Assembly: GCA_963826115.1 (NCBI GenBank)
Contig: CAWGVS010000012.1
Location: 352,001-416,000, forward strand
DNA: 64,000 nucleotides
Reading direction: 5' to 3'
Source of the DNA: an uncultured Candidatus Rokubacteria bacterium
Lineage (GTDB): Bacteria; Methylomirabilota; Methylomirabilia; Rokubacteriales; DASRDR01
The notes below the pieces were generated by a model that worked only from the letters and a program-made list of their open reading frames with translations, was not told the DNA's origin and searched no databases. The translations under genes and the position numbers were made by a program. Shown one piece after another: positions 19,915-30,056 of this stretch; positions within the stretch are counted from its first letter, which is position 1, and every line of letters starts with the position of its first letter.

Positions 19915-20763
19915 TCACGCGAGCCCCAGGAGCTCGAGCGGGCGCTCGTAGAGGATCTGGTCGATGAGCTCGGGCGGGATCGGCGGCAGCCGCACGCCGT
20001 CCTCCCAGTCGTTGATGGCCTGAAAGGCCCTGGCGGCCTCCCGCGTCGTCGCCACCGGGAAGTCGGAGCCGAACAGGAGCCGGTCGGTCACGCGGTACTC
20101 CATGGCCGTCCGGAGGCCGTTGTAGAGCTGCCACGGCCGATGGAAGCGCGCGGAGAGATCCGCGAAGACGTTCTCGTTCTTGCGCATCAGCATCACCGTC
20201 TCTTGCATCATCGGCTGGCCGAGGTGCGCGACGATCATGCGGAGCCGGGGGAACGCCCGCCCGATCCGGTCGAGGAGCAAGGGGCTCCCCCACTCGAGCG
20301 CGGCGTCCGGGTCGTAGGCCCCACCCATGTGGAACATGACCGGGGCGCGGAACTGGTCGGCCATCTCGTAGAGGCGCCAGGCCGGCGGGCTCCAGGGATC
20401 GAAGCCGTGGTAGACCGGCGAGAGCTTGAGCCCGCGAAGACCGAGCCGCGTGACCGCGCGCTCGAACTCGCGGGCGGCGTCCGCCTCGGTCGGGTCCACC
20501 GTCGCGAACCCCACGGCCCGGCCCGGGTAGCGCCCGACGTACTCCGCGATGAAGTCGTTCGGGATGCTCCGCCCCCAGGCGGTCGGCATCTTGATCACGA
20601 CGAACTTCTCGGCCCCGCCGTCGGCGACGCCGCGGCGGTGGTGCTCCGGGCCGCCCTCGCCGCCCATCACGCCGCGGGCCGCCATCGCCGCGCGCGCCTC
20701 GGGCCGCACGTGCTCGGGCAGGTAGCAGTGGGTGTGCCAGTCGATGAGCTGCCGGGAGGGCAT
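19915..20763 (-). CDS. Amidohydrolase family 2 protein
   Basis: IDWHTH, GLKLSP, VMFHMG, VAHLG and LLFGSDFP. Confidence 0.9.
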   Translation of the reverse strand: MPSRQLIDWHTHCYLPEHVRPEARAAMAARGVMGGEGGPEHHRRGVADGGAEKFVVIKMPTAWGRSIPNDFIAEYVGRYPGRAVGFATVDPTEADAAREFERAVTRLGLRGLKLSPVYHGFDPWSPPAWRLYEMADQFRAPVMFHMGGAYDPDAALEWGSPLLLDRIGRAFPRLRMIVAHLGQPMMQETVMLMRKNENVFADLSARFHRPWQLYNGLRTAMEYRVTDRLLFGSDFPVATTREAARAFQAINDWEDGVRLPPIPPELIDQILYERPLELLGLA

Positions 20764-20786
20764 CGCGCCGCCGGTCCGGAAAGCCC

Positions 20787-21923
20787 TCAGCGCAGGTCGG
20801 CGCGGAACGCCGGCATCACCTTCGTCGCGAAGAGCTCGAGGTTTCTCAGGATCAGCCGCTGCGGGATCCCCGGATGCGCGTACTCCACGAGCAGGGTCTC
20901 GAGCCCACAGACCTCCACCAGCTCCTGGACCCGCGCGGCCACGTGCTCGGGCGAGCCCACCAGGAGGGTGCGCGGCTCGAGGAACGCCCAGTCGAGCTTC
21001 GTCCCGGGGAGGAGCTCCTCGCCCGGATTCGTGAAGACGTCGCGCCCGCGGAAGGGGTCGTTGTAGACAAAGGCCGACAGGATCGGCCCCTCGGCCTCGC
21101 GGCGGGCAGCCTCCATCGTCGGCGCCACGTAGAGGTTGCGCAGCACGGCCTGGCCGGCCGACGGCGACACCGGCCGGCCCTCGGTCCGCGACCGGATCTC
21201 CGCGTAGAGCTCCATGCGCTGCCGGACCCGGCGCGGCGGCGGCTGCCAGTAGCACGCCTGGAGCCCGAGCTCGGCGGCCAGACTCACCGAACGATCGGTC
21301 GAGACGGTCATCCAGAGCGGCGGGTGCGGCCGCTGGTACGGCTTCGGCGTCACGCGGAGCTTCAGGACCCGGTCGCCCTCCTGCCACGTCGGGTCCGGCG
21401 GATAGCTCGGGTGCGCGAACCGCGTGTCCGGCGCGGGGAACGTGTAGTTCGGCCCCTGATGGGCGAAGCGCTCCTCGGTCCAGCACTTCCGCACGATCTC
21501 GATCGTCTCGCGAAAGAGCTCGCGGTTCTCCTGGTCCTTGCGGGGGTCGGCGTGCGGATGGAACTGGGGGCCCTCGTACGGCCAGATGCCGCGGCCGAAG
21601 CCCACGTCTACCCGGCCTCGGGTGAGATTGTCCAGGACGGCGAGCTCCTCGGCCAGCCGGATCGGATGCCACCAGGGCGCGATGTTCGCCATCTGGCCGA
21701 TCCGCATCCGGGTCGTCCGCACCGCCAGGTCCGCCCCGACGAGAAGCGGGCTCGGGAGGTCGCCGAGACCGTACGGGCCGAAGTGGTGCTCGCCCATCCA
21801 CACCGCGTCGAAGCCGAGCGCCTCCGCCAGGACGACCTGCTCGCGCAGGTTGTCGAGGACGTCCGCCGGCGTCTCCGCGCCGCCGCCGCAGTCGTAGAGG
21901 GTCGTGAAGAGGCCGAATCGCAT
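20787..21923 (-). CDS. LLM-class flavin-dependent oxidoreductase (luciferase-like)
   Basis: GFDAVWMGEHH, HPIRLAEE, GRVDVGFGRG and PKPYQRPHPP. Confidence 0.92.
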   Translation of the reverse strand: MRFGLFTTLYDCGGGAETPADVLDNLREQVVLAEALGFDAVWMGEHHFGPYGLGDLPSPLLVGADLAVRTTRMRIGQMANIAPWWHPIRLAEELAVLDNLTRGRVDVGFGRGIWPYEGPQFHPHADPRKDQENRELFRETIEIVRKCWTEERFAHQGPNYTFPAPDTRFAHPSYPPDPTWQEGDRVLKLRVTPKPYQRPHPPLWMTVSTDRSVSLAAELGLQACYWQPPPRRVRQRMELYAEIRSRTEGRPVSPSAGQAVLRNLYVAPTMEAARREAEGPILSAFVYNDPFRGRDVFTNPGEELLPGTKLDWAFLEPRTLLVGSPEHVAARVQELVEVCGLETLLVEYAHPGIPQRLILRNLELFATKVMPAFRADLR

Positions 21924-22079
21924 CCGAATCCTCCCGCCAGGACTGGAGATCGCCGCGCGCGTCGCGCCCGCGTCCACCGCGGCGCTCGCGCCGGAGGCCA
22001 CTCTAGCCCCGGCCTCCGGGCGCAGCAAGGGCGCGGCGGGGCGAACGGGAGTCCCGGCCGGCCGGGCCGGTGGGCGCGG

Positions 22080-22760
22080 CTAGTGGTAGCCGCGCTGCCC
22101 CGCGACGGGAGCGCGGCGGGGGCGGAGGGACGGCTTCAGCTTGAGCTGCCAGGCGAGGTCCTGGGCGGCCGCGCCAAGGGTCACCGGCTGGCCGGTCGCC
22201 TCCTCGGCGCCCTCCATCCGCGGATGCCAGACCCGCACGACGTAGCGTCCCGCCGGCAGGCCCTCCAGCCGCGCCCGGCCGTCGGCGCCGGTGCGGGCGA
22301 GATACGGAGTCTCCGCGACGTAGATGTAGCCGAGCATCCAGTCGTGGATGTTGCAGCCGATCGTCACGATGCCGGGCCGATCGAACACGACGGGCTCGGC
22401 GGGCGTGCCCGCGTAGAGCGGCAGCTCGAACCGCTTGGCGGGCGAGAACGAGTACACGTGGTGGCGGACGTCGTCCTTGTTGGGGAAGAAGACGGGGGAG
22501 CCTATCACCACCGGCTTCACGTGCGGCACGAACTCGAGGTTGACCTGGTCCACGATCTCACGCGCCGGCTTGGGCGACGTCGCGGGCCGGCCCTCGGGGA
22601 GCGCGGAGACCACCGCGTCCTCGACCGGCTGGTCCCGAAGGTCCCGCACCACCGCGGTCACGTCGCCAGCCGAGGCCGGACGGGCCGCACCGGCCCAGAC
22701 GCTCGCCCACACGCTGGACAGGACCGCCATCGTCACCAGCACGCACCGCACGCGCCCCAT
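22080..22760 (-). CDS. Cupredoxin-like secreted protein ('methylamine utilization'/carboxypeptidase-regulatory-like)
   Basis: Signal peptide; FPNKDDVRHHVYS and GCNIHDWM. Confidence 0.8.
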   Translation of the reverse strand: MGRVRCVLVTMAVLSSVWASVWAGAARPASAGDVTAVVRDLRDQPVEDAVVSALPEGRPATSPKPAREIVDQVNLEFVPHVKPVVIGSPVFFPNKDDVRHHVYSFSPAKRFELPLYAGTPAEPVVFDRPGIVTIGCNIHDWMLGYIYVAETPYLARTGADGRARLEGLPAGRYVVRVWHPRMEGAEEATGQPVTLGAAAQDLAWQLKLKPSLRPRRAPVAGQRGYH

Positions 22761-22761
22761 T

Positions 22762-23637
22762 CTAGTAGCTGAAGAGGAGGGTCCCGCGCACGACGTTGTT
22801 GTGGTAGTCGAGCCCGCCCTCGGCCAGGCCGATCTGGTGCTCGTACCCCACGTTGAGCGACCACCGCGCGCCGAGGGCGACGCTCAGTCCCGCGGCCAGG
22901 ATGTGCGTGGTCGCCTCGAGCTTGTACGCGAAGACGTCCGAGCCGAACGCCGGATCCGCCACCACGGCGTCCGACGCCGCGAAGATCTCGGGGTTGCGCT
23001 GGGTGCTCGACGCCACGTCGCCGAAGCGGGCCGCGTAGCCCGCGAAGACCGCAAGGATCGCCGTCGCCTGGAAGTCGGCGCGGATCGACACCGTGTGGGC
23101 TTGCTGATCGAACACGTCAGCCGGCAGGCGCGCCGTGACCGCACGCTCGTGATCGGCGGTGCGGCCGTCGAAGGCGTAGTCGGCGCGGAGGGCCCAGCGC
23201 GCCCCGAAGCGCTTCCCCACCCCCGCCGTCGCGCGGTAGTACCAGCCGGCGCGCACGTCGTCGCGGTACTGGAGCCGGCCTCCGGACGCCGCCACGCGCA
23301 CCCACGGAGCCTCCGCCCCCAGCCCGAGCTTGCTCCGGAACGCGGCGGTCACGCCGAGCGCGACGTGGTCGAGCCCGGAGTACCGCTCGTAGAGGTCGCC
23401 CACGAGGTCCCCCGTGAGCGAGACGACGTGGCGATCGGTCAGGTAGGCCGCGAACCCCGCGGCGGCCGTTGTCGCGAACGCGGCCGCGCCCTTGATGTCG
23501 TGGTCCTTCGACGCGAAGCTCAGGTTGTCCTCGTAGACCACGCCCGTCTCGACGTCGGCAATCCAGGCGGCGCCCGCCGGGTCGGCGAGAACCAGGAGGA
23601 GGACGGAGGCCGCGAGGACACCACCCGCAGTCCGCAT
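22762..23637 (-). CDS. Putative outer-membrane beta-barrel protein
   Basis: Signal peptide, alternating amphipathic strands and terminal aromatic (LLFSY). Confidence 0.6.
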   Translation of the reverse strand: MRTAGGVLAASVLLLVLADPAGAAWIADVETGVVYEDNLSFASKDHDIKGAAAFATTAAAGFAAYLTDRHVVSLTGDLVGDLYERYSGLDHVALGVTAAFRSKLGLGAEAPWVRVAASGGRLQYRDDVRAGWYYRATAGVGKRFGARWALRADYAFDGRTADHERAVTARLPADVFDQQAHTVSIRADFQATAILAVFAGYAARFGDVASSTQRNPEIFAASDAVVADPAFGSDVFAYKLEATTHILAAGLSVALGARWSLNVGYEHQIGLAEGGLDYHNNVVRGTLLFSY

Positions 23638-24031
23638 GTGGGTCGCACTTCCGTTATCACGGGGCTGGCGAGGGGGTGAAGGAATATCTGACACTTTCAC
23701 GTTTTCGCGTCGCCGCACGCGGATTCTGTCAGTCCGGCCCCGCGAAGCGGACGCGCCCGCCGGATCCGCCCGGCGGCGCGGGCGGGGAGCGCGTGTGAGA
23801 ACGGGCGTTTGCGAGCCGCGATCCACGGCGGCGCCCCGCGCGCCGCCTGGCAAGACTCTTGCTCCTCTCTGGACGGCCGGGGCCTCCGTCCGACCGCCCG
23901 GCCACGAGTCCGCTGGACCGCCAGCCCGTCACGGGAGGATCGCCTGGTGAGTTGCCCGTCCCGGATCACCTCAGCCCGCGGGGCCGCCGGCCCGCGGTCT
24001 CGCCGCATGCCGCGAGGGCGCTGAGGCGGCC

Positions 24032-26644
24032 GTGGCGTTCCGCAGCTTCCAGGCGCGTGTCATCGTGTCGTTCCTCGCCCTCATCACGCTCGTCCAGGTC
24101 GGGGCGTTCGTCGCGGTCAACTCGGCCATCACGCGGAGCGCGCGGGGCTACGTGAAGGCGCAGCTCGCCACGGCCGCCCGGGTGTTCGACCAGGTGATCG
24201 AGGCCCGGAATCGCCGGCTGATCGAGGCGGCGCGCCTCCTGTCGGAGGACTTCGCGTTCAAGCAGGTCCTGGCGGTGAGCGACCGCGCGACCCTCATCTC
24301 GGCGATGGACAACCATCGCCGCCGCATCGGGTCCGACCTCATGATGGTGGTCTCGCTCGAGAACAAGCTCGTCGCCGACACCGCGCGCCACGAGGCGCCG
24401 GGCATCGACTACGCCGCGCTCTTCGGCTTCCCCACGCTCGTGGAGGCCGCCCAGGAGAGCGGCGAGGCGTCGGCCTTCGCCGTCGTCGACGGCCACCTCT
24501 ATCAGCTCGTGGTCGTGCCGCTGCGCGCGCCCGCGCCGATCGCCTGGCTCGGCATGGGCTTTCTGATCGACGAGCGCCTGGCGGCGGAGCTCCAGCGGAC
24601 CACGTCGTCCCACGTCTCGTTCGTGCGGGCCGGCCCCGCCAATGTGTGGACGGCCTTCGCGTCCACCCTGCCCCCGACCGCCCAGCGGTCGCTGGTGGAG
24701 GCCCTCAGCCGGCCGGAGTCCCCGAACGGCGGGTGGATCTTCGGCCCCCGCGGCACCGAGTACGACACGCTCGTGCTGCAGCTCCCGTCGTCCACCCCGA
24801 CCGACATCCGCGTGACGCTCCACCGCTCGCTGGCCGACGCCATGGAGCCGTACCGGACGCTCCAGGCGGCGCTCCTCGCCCTGTTCGGCCTGGCGGCGTG
24901 CGTCTCGGTCGTCGGCGGCGTCTGGGTCGCGCGCGGCGTCAGCCGCCCGGTGCGCGAGCTGGTCGCCGCTGCCCGCGGGATCGAGGCCGGGCAGTACGGC
25001 GCGGTCGTCGAGATGCGCCGGCGCGACGAGCTCGGCGATCTGGCCGCCACCTTCAACCGGATGACCGGCGCCGTCGCCGAGCGCGAGGAGCGGCTCCGCG
25101 AGAGCGAGGAGCGATTTCGCACGATGACCGAGTCGGCGGTCGACGCGGTCGTCACGGCCGACGCCGCCGGGGAGATCGTGTCCTGGAACCGCGGCGCCCG
25201 GGCCGTCTTCGGCTACGGGCCGGCGGAGGTGCTGGGGACGCCGCTCGCGCGCCTCCTGCCCGAGCATCACCGCGAGCGCGACGCGGAGGGCCGCGAGCGG
25301 ATCGCGTCCGCGGATGTGACGCCGGCGCTCGAGCGGCCCGTGGAGCTCCACGGCGTGCGGAAGGACGGCCGGGTCTTCCCCATCGAGCTGTCACTCGCCC
25401 GGTGGGAGACACGGCGGGGAGCCTTCCTCACCGTGATCATCCGCGACGTCACCGAGCGCCGCCAGCTGGAGGAGCAGTTCCGGCAGGCCCAGAAGATGGA
25501 GAGCATCGGGCGGCTGGCGGGGGGCCTGGCGCACGACTTCAACAACCTCTTGACGGTGATCGGCGGCCACGCCGATCTCCTGCACGGGCGCCTCAAGCCG
25601 GACGACCCGCTCCACCGGCGGATCTCCCTGATCCAGGAGGCCGCCGCCCACGCGGCCGACCTCACGAAGCAGCTCCTCGCCTTCAGCCGGAAGCAGGTCC
25701 TCGCGCCGCAGGTCCTGGATCTGAACGGCATCGTCACGGAGCTCGAGCCGATGCTCCGGCGCCTGATCGGCGAGGACATCGACCTCGTCACGGCCCCCGC
25801 GCGCGGGCTGGGCAACGTCAAGGCGGACCCGGCGCAGATCAAGCAGATCCTCTTCAACCTCGTCGTGAACGCCCGGGACGCCATGCCGCAGGGCGGCAAG
25901 CTCACGATCGAGACCGAGAACGTCGAGCTGGACGAGCACTACGCGCGGCTCCACCCCGACGTCGCCGCCGGCACCTACGTCATGCTCGCGGTGACCGACA
26001 CCGGCGTCGGCATGGACCCGGAGACGCGATCCCGCATCTTCGAGCCCTTCTTCACGACGAAGCCAGCCGGCCTCGGCACCGGCCTCGGCCTGGCGACCGT
26101 GTACGGCATCGTGAAGCAGAGCAACGGCGCCATCTCCGTCTACAGCGAGCCGGGGCTGGGCACGGCCTTCAAGGTGTACCTGCCGCGCGTCCTCGAGCCC
26201 GCGGACGCGGTGGTGGCAGCCCCCGTTGCCGGCGTCCGGGGCGGCTCCGAGACCATCCTCCTCGTGGAGGACAACGAGATGGTGCGCACGCTCACGTGCG
26301 AGATCCTGAAGCGCCAGGGCTACACCGTCGTGGAGGCGCAGCACGGGGCGGACGCGCTGGACCTCGCCCGGCGCTACCACGGGCCCATCCATCTCCTGCT
26401 GACGGACGTCGTCATGCCGGAGATGAGCGGCCCCGAGCTCGTGAGCCGGCTCGCGCCGCTCCGGCCCCAGATGAAGATCGTCTACATGTCCGGGTACACG
26501 GCGGACGCCATCGACCACCAGGGGATGCTGGACGAGGGCATCGAGTTCCTCGCGAAGCCCATCGGCCTCGACACCCTGGTGCGGAAGCTCCGCGAGGTCC
26601 TGGACGGGCGGGGGCGCGTGCCCCTCGCGGAAGCCGCGCGCTGA
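24032..26644 (+). CDS. Hybrid sensor histidine kinase (Cache-HAMP-PAS-HisKA-HATPase-REC)
   Basis: DELGDLAATFNRM (HAMP), PAS, AHDFNNLL, NARDAM, DTGVGM, GTGLGL and LLLTDVVMP. Confidence 0.93.
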   Translation: MAFRSFQARVIVSFLALITLVQVGAFVAVNSAITRSARGYVKAQLATAARVFDQVIEARNRRLIEAARLLSEDFAFKQVLAVSDRATLISAMDNHRRRIGSDLMMVVSLENKLVADTARHEAPGIDYAALFGFPTLVEAAQESGEASAFAVVDGHLYQLVVVPLRAPAPIAWLGMGFLIDERLAAELQRTTSSHVSFVRAGPANVWTAFASTLPPTAQRSLVEALSRPESPNGGWIFGPRGTEYDTLVLQLPSSTPTDIRVTLHRSLADAMEPYRTLQAALLALFGLAACVSVVGGVWVARGVSRPVRELVAAARGIEAGQYGAVVEMRRRDELGDLAATFNRMTGAVAEREERLRESEERFRTMTESAVDAVVTADAAGEIVSWNRGARAVFGYGPAEVLGTPLARLLPEHHRERDAEGRERIASADVTPALERPVELHGVRKDGRVFPIELSLARWETRRGAFLTVIIRDVTERRQLEEQFRQAQKMESIGRLAGGLAHDFNNLLTVIGGHADLLHGRLKPDDPLHRRISLIQEAAAHAADLTKQLLAFSRKQVLAPQVLDLNGIVTELEPMLRRLIGEDIDLVTAPARGLGNVKADPAQIKQILFNLVVNARDAMPQGGKLTIETENVELDEHYARLHPDVAAGTYVMLAVTDTGVGMDPETRSRIFEPFFTTKPAGLGTGLGLATVYGIVKQSNGAISVYSEPGLGTAFKVYLPRVLEPADAVVAAPVAGVRGGSETILLVEDNEMVRTLTCEILKRQGYTVVEAQHGADALDLARRYHGPIHLLLTDVVMPEMSGPELVSRLAPLRPQMKIVYMSGYTADAIDHQGMLDEGIEFLAKPIGLDTLVRKLREVLDGRGRVPLAEAAR

Positions 26645-26656
26645 GCCCGGGCCGCC

Positions 26657-27184
26657 CTACCCCGGCCGGTCCACCGGCGCCCGGGACTGGGCCTGGGTCC
26701 ACGGGAACGCGGCGAGCGTCTCGCGGGCGCGATCGCGCATGAAGTCCGCGACGACCTGGATGGGCGGCCAGTCCGGCTGCGCGTTCACCCACGCGGCCGC
26801 CGCCGACAGGTCGGCGCCCAGGAGCGACCGGTAGGTCGGCACGTCCGTCGCCCGCGCCGCGAACACGACGCGGCCGATCCCGAGCTGGGTGATGACGAAG
26901 GCGCAGAGGAGGCACGGCTCGCAGCTCGTGTAGAGCGTGGCGCCGCGGAGCGCCTGCCACGCGCCGAGCCGCCGCCACGCGTCCCGGATCGCGACGATCT
27001 CGCCGTGCGCGGCGGGGTCCCGGTCGGCGCGCACCGTGTTGTGGCCCTCGCCGGCCAGGGCGCCGTCCCGGTCCACGACCACCGCGCCGAACGGGGTCTG
27101 CCCGCCGCGAACGGCGGCCTCGGCCAGCTCGAGCGCCCGCGTCATGAAGGCCGCGTCGCGCGCCGGGTCCGCGCCCGATGCCAT
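26657..27184 (-). CDS. Nucleoside/guanine deaminase family protein
   Basis: PFGAVVV, AHGE and EPCLLC zinc motif. Confidence 0.88.
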   Translation of the reverse strand: MASGADPARDAAFMTRALELAEAAVRGGQTPFGAVVVDRDGALAGEGHNTVRADRDPAAHGEIVAIRDAWRRLGAWQALRGATLYTSCEPCLLCAFVITQLGIGRVVFAARATDVPTYRSLLGADLSAAAAWVNAQPDWPPIQVVADFMRDRARETLAAFPWTQAQSRAPVDRPG

Positions 27185-27200
27185 CAGGCGCCCGCGCCCC

Positions 27201-27803
27201 TCAGGCGGGCCACTCGCGCTCGGCGCGCCAGGTGACCCCGTCGCGGTAGTCGAGGTACCGCGTGCGGCGGAGCACCGGCGCGCGCCCGGCGCCCATCCCT
27301 CCGGGCAGGACGCCCAGGTGGAGCCGCACGTCCGTGTAGTGGCGGGGCGCCAGCTCGCGCACGGCGTGCGCGTGCCGATCACCGGCCCCCCAGTGCTCGC
27401 GGGCCGCGTCCCCGTCGAGGAGGATGAGGTTCCCCCAGTCCCCGCCGCCGACCTCGATCGAGCTGTAGCTGAGGACGCCCGGATGGGCGGGAAACTCCGC
27501 GATGAGCTCGTCGTCCCGCACGCGGAGCGGGGCGGCATCGACGTCGCGCCGCTTCGCCGCGAAGAAGCCGACCCAGCCGAGGTCGCGGCCGTCGCCGAGC
27601 CGGCCCGGGTCGCAGACGATGGTCCGGTGCGCCCGGCCGTCCGGCTCGTGCGCTTCCACGACGAGCGGCCCCGGCGCGGCCGGACTCCCGGGCCGGCCGG
27701 ACACCCGTCGCACCGCCGCCAGCATCAACCGCACGGCCGCCAGGTCGTGGGCCGTCCGGGCGGGATCGGTGAACCCGCGCCCCGCGGCCGTCTCCGTTGA
27801 CAT
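27201..27803 (-). CDS. Hypothetical protein
   Basis: Globular-looking ORF closely linked to the deaminase. Confidence 0.6.
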   Translation of the reverse strand: MSTETAAGRGFTDPARTAHDLAAVRLMLAAVRRVSGRPGSPAAPGPLVVEAHEPDGRAHRTIVCDPGRLGDGRDLGWVGFFAAKRRDVDAAPLRVRDDELIAEFPAHPGVLSYSSIEVGGGDWGNLILLDGDAAREHWGAGDRHAHAVRELAPRHYTDVRLHLGVLPGGMGAGRAPVLRRTRYLDYRDGVTWRAEREWPA

Positions 27804-27904
27804 GAGCCGCTCGCACTCGTTCACGGTCGCCTCCGTTGCGCCGATCATTCCCGCCAGGCATCCGTCGTGTCAACGGGCCCGCCTGCGGGTCGTAGAATGG
27901 GCGC

Positions 27905-28705
27905 GTGCTTCGCGTCGCGTCCTTCCTGGCCGACAACGCCCGGCCGCTCTACGGAGCGATCACCCGCTACCTCGGGGACCGCCTCGCGATGCGGGCCGAG
28001 TTCTCGGCCGGCGTGCTGGCGGACCTGCGCCCCTGGCTGGACGCGAGCGCCATCGACGTCGCATTCCTCTGCGGGTGGCCGTACGCCACGCAGCACGACC
28101 GTCCCGGGGCGCCGATCGAGCTCCTCTGCGCGCCCGTGATGACCGGGCCGCGTTACGGCGCGCGCCCCGTCTACTTCACTGACGTGATCGTTCGCCACAG
28201 CCACGCGGCGCGCACCTTCGCCGACCTTCGCGGCGCGACCTGGGCGTACAACAACACCGGGTCCCACTCCGGCTACAACGTCGTGCGCCACCACCTGCTC
28301 GAGCTCGGCGAGACGCGCGGCTACTTCGGGCGCGTCGTCTCCGGCGGCACGCACCAAGGCTCGATCCAGCTGGTCCTCGACGGCGCGATCGACGCCGCCG
28401 GCGTCGACAGCACGGTGATCGAGACCGAGGTCGCCGCCCGCCCGGAGCTTGCGACGGCGCTCCGCACGATCCTCACGCTCGGGCCGAGCGCCATCCCGCC
28501 CGTCGTGGTCCCGCGGGGCCTCGACCCGGCGCTCAAGGCGCGCCTCCGGGACCTCTTCCTCCGCATGGCGGCCGACCCCGCCGGGCGCGCCGTCCTCGCG
28601 GCACACCGCGTGGCCAGTTTCGTCTCGGTGCGGGACGCGGACTACGATGCGATCCGCGCGATGGCGCGGCGGGCCGAGGCCGCCGGCTTCCTGACCCTCC
28701 GCTGA
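27905..28705 (+). CDS. PhnD/SsuA/transferrin family substrate-binding protein
   Basis: DVAFLCGWPY, SHSGYN, SGGTHQGS and DADYDAIR. Confidence 0.85.
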   Translation: MLRVASFLADNARPLYGAITRYLGDRLAMRAEFSAGVLADLRPWLDASAIDVAFLCGWPYATQHDRPGAPIELLCAPVMTGPRYGARPVYFTDVIVRHSHAARTFADLRGATWAYNNTGSHSGYNVVRHHLLELGETRGYFGRVVSGGTHQGSIQLVLDGAIDAAGVDSTVIETEVAARPELATALRTILTLGPSAIPPVVVPRGLDPALKARLRDLFLRMAADPAGRAVLAAHRVASFVSVRDADYDAIRAMARRAEAAGFLTLR

Positions 28706-28717
28706 CGGCGCCCGCCG

Positions 28718-29959
28718 TCAGCTCAGGAGCTTCGCGTCGTAGGGATACGTGCAGAGGAGCTCGCAGCCCGAGGGCGTCACCACCACCTGGTCCTCCAGCT
28801 TGACACCGAAGGACGCCCCGACCTTGCCCGCGTAGCACTCGAGGTTTAGGACCATGTTCTCCTTCAGCTCGCGGTGCGGCAGGATGCGCCGCGGGCCGCG
28901 GTCGTCGTCCACGTAGGGGATGCCCGGGCCCTCGTCCTCCAGCCCCGCCTGGTGGACCATCCCCGGGTAGCGCATCGCGCGATACGCCTCGGGGAGCCTC
29001 GGCGCCTTCTCGGCGAACTCGGCGAACGTCATGCCCGGGCGGACGAGCTCGACCATCCCGGTCACGCAGTCGTACGCGACCCGGTAGGCCTCCTTCTGGG
29101 CGGGTGACGGATCGTTCCCGCAGAGGAACGTGCGGGAGACGTCGATCACGTACCCCTCGTAGCCGTTCGCGTCGGTGTCCACGCCGACCAGGTCGCCGGG
29201 CTGGACGATCTTGTCGTGGGCCTCGGTGAGCCAGGGATTCGTGTTGGTGCCGGACGCGACGAGCCGCGTGAAGAGGAACTCGCCGTGGCGGCGGAGAAGC
29301 GAGTCGCTCAGCACGGCGAGGAGGTCGAGCTCCCGGATCCCGGGACGGATGGCCGCCTCGAACTCGGCGAGCATCGCGTCCCCGATGCCCCCGTTGAGGG
29401 CCATGAGCTGGACCTCCTCCGGGGTCTTCACCTCCCGCGCGTCGACCGTCGCCGGGCTCGCGTCGACGATCTGGAAGCCCTCGGCCTGGAGCGCGAGGAA
29501 CCCGATCGCGTCCAGGCGGTCGACGGCCAGCCGCTCCCGGTCCAGGCCCATCTCGCGCAGCACCGAGCGCAGCGACTGGGCCCACTCCCGCGCCTTCGCC
29601 GCGGACTCGGTCCCGCCGAACTGCCAGCCGTACGCCATGCGCACGTCCTGGACCAGCTTCTGGGCGACGTGGACCGACCCCTTGTACTCGAAGAGGACGG
29701 GCGCGCCCTCGGCGGGCACCACGCAGTACCGGGCGAACGTCCCCGCCGTCCAGACGCCCATCACGTCGACGCCCGTCGCGTAGCGGATGTTGGCCGTGCC
29801 GTAGAAGAGGCACACGGGCAGGCCGTGCCGCTTCATCTCCGCCTGGAGCCGCGCGAGGCGGCCGCGGCGGAGGGCTCCCATGTCGATCTCGGAGACGTTC
29901 GGCACCCGCAGGTTGCTGATGCGGGGGCGGGCGAGGGCGCGACCACGCTCGGTGATCAT
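28718..29959 (-). CDS. M24 family metallopeptidase-fold protein, DddP-like
   Basis: NIRYATG, RLVASGTNTNPW, GDLVGVDTD, DVSRT, HQAGL.DE.P, LECY and GVKLEDQV. Confidence 0.82.
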   Translation of the reverse strand: MITERGRALARPRISNLRVPNVSEIDMGALRRGRLARLQAEMKRHGLPVCLFYGTANIRYATGVDVMGVWTAGTFARYCVVPAEGAPVLFEYKGSVHVAQKLVQDVRMAYGWQFGGTESAAKAREWAQSLRSVLREMGLDRERLAVDRLDAIGFLALQAEGFQIVDASPATVDAREVKTPEEVQLMALNGGIGDAMLAEFEAAIRPGIRELDLLAVLSDSLLRRHGEFLFTRLVASGTNTNPWLTEAHDKIVQPGDLVGVDTDANGYEGYVIDVSRTFLCGNDPSPAQKEAYRVAYDCVTGMVELVRPGMTFAEFAEKAPRLPEAYRAMRYPGMVHQAGLEDEGPGIPYVDDDRGPRRILPHRELKENMVLNLECYAGKVGASFGVKLEDQVVVTPSGCELLCTYPYDAKLLS

Positions 29960-30056
29960 GGACGGGGGGTCTCCTTTCGCAGGCGGGCTCGGCCGCCCGG
30001 TCGCTCGGACGCGCCGGAGAGGGCGACGGCAGTATCGGCGAGGCGTCCGACGCCGA

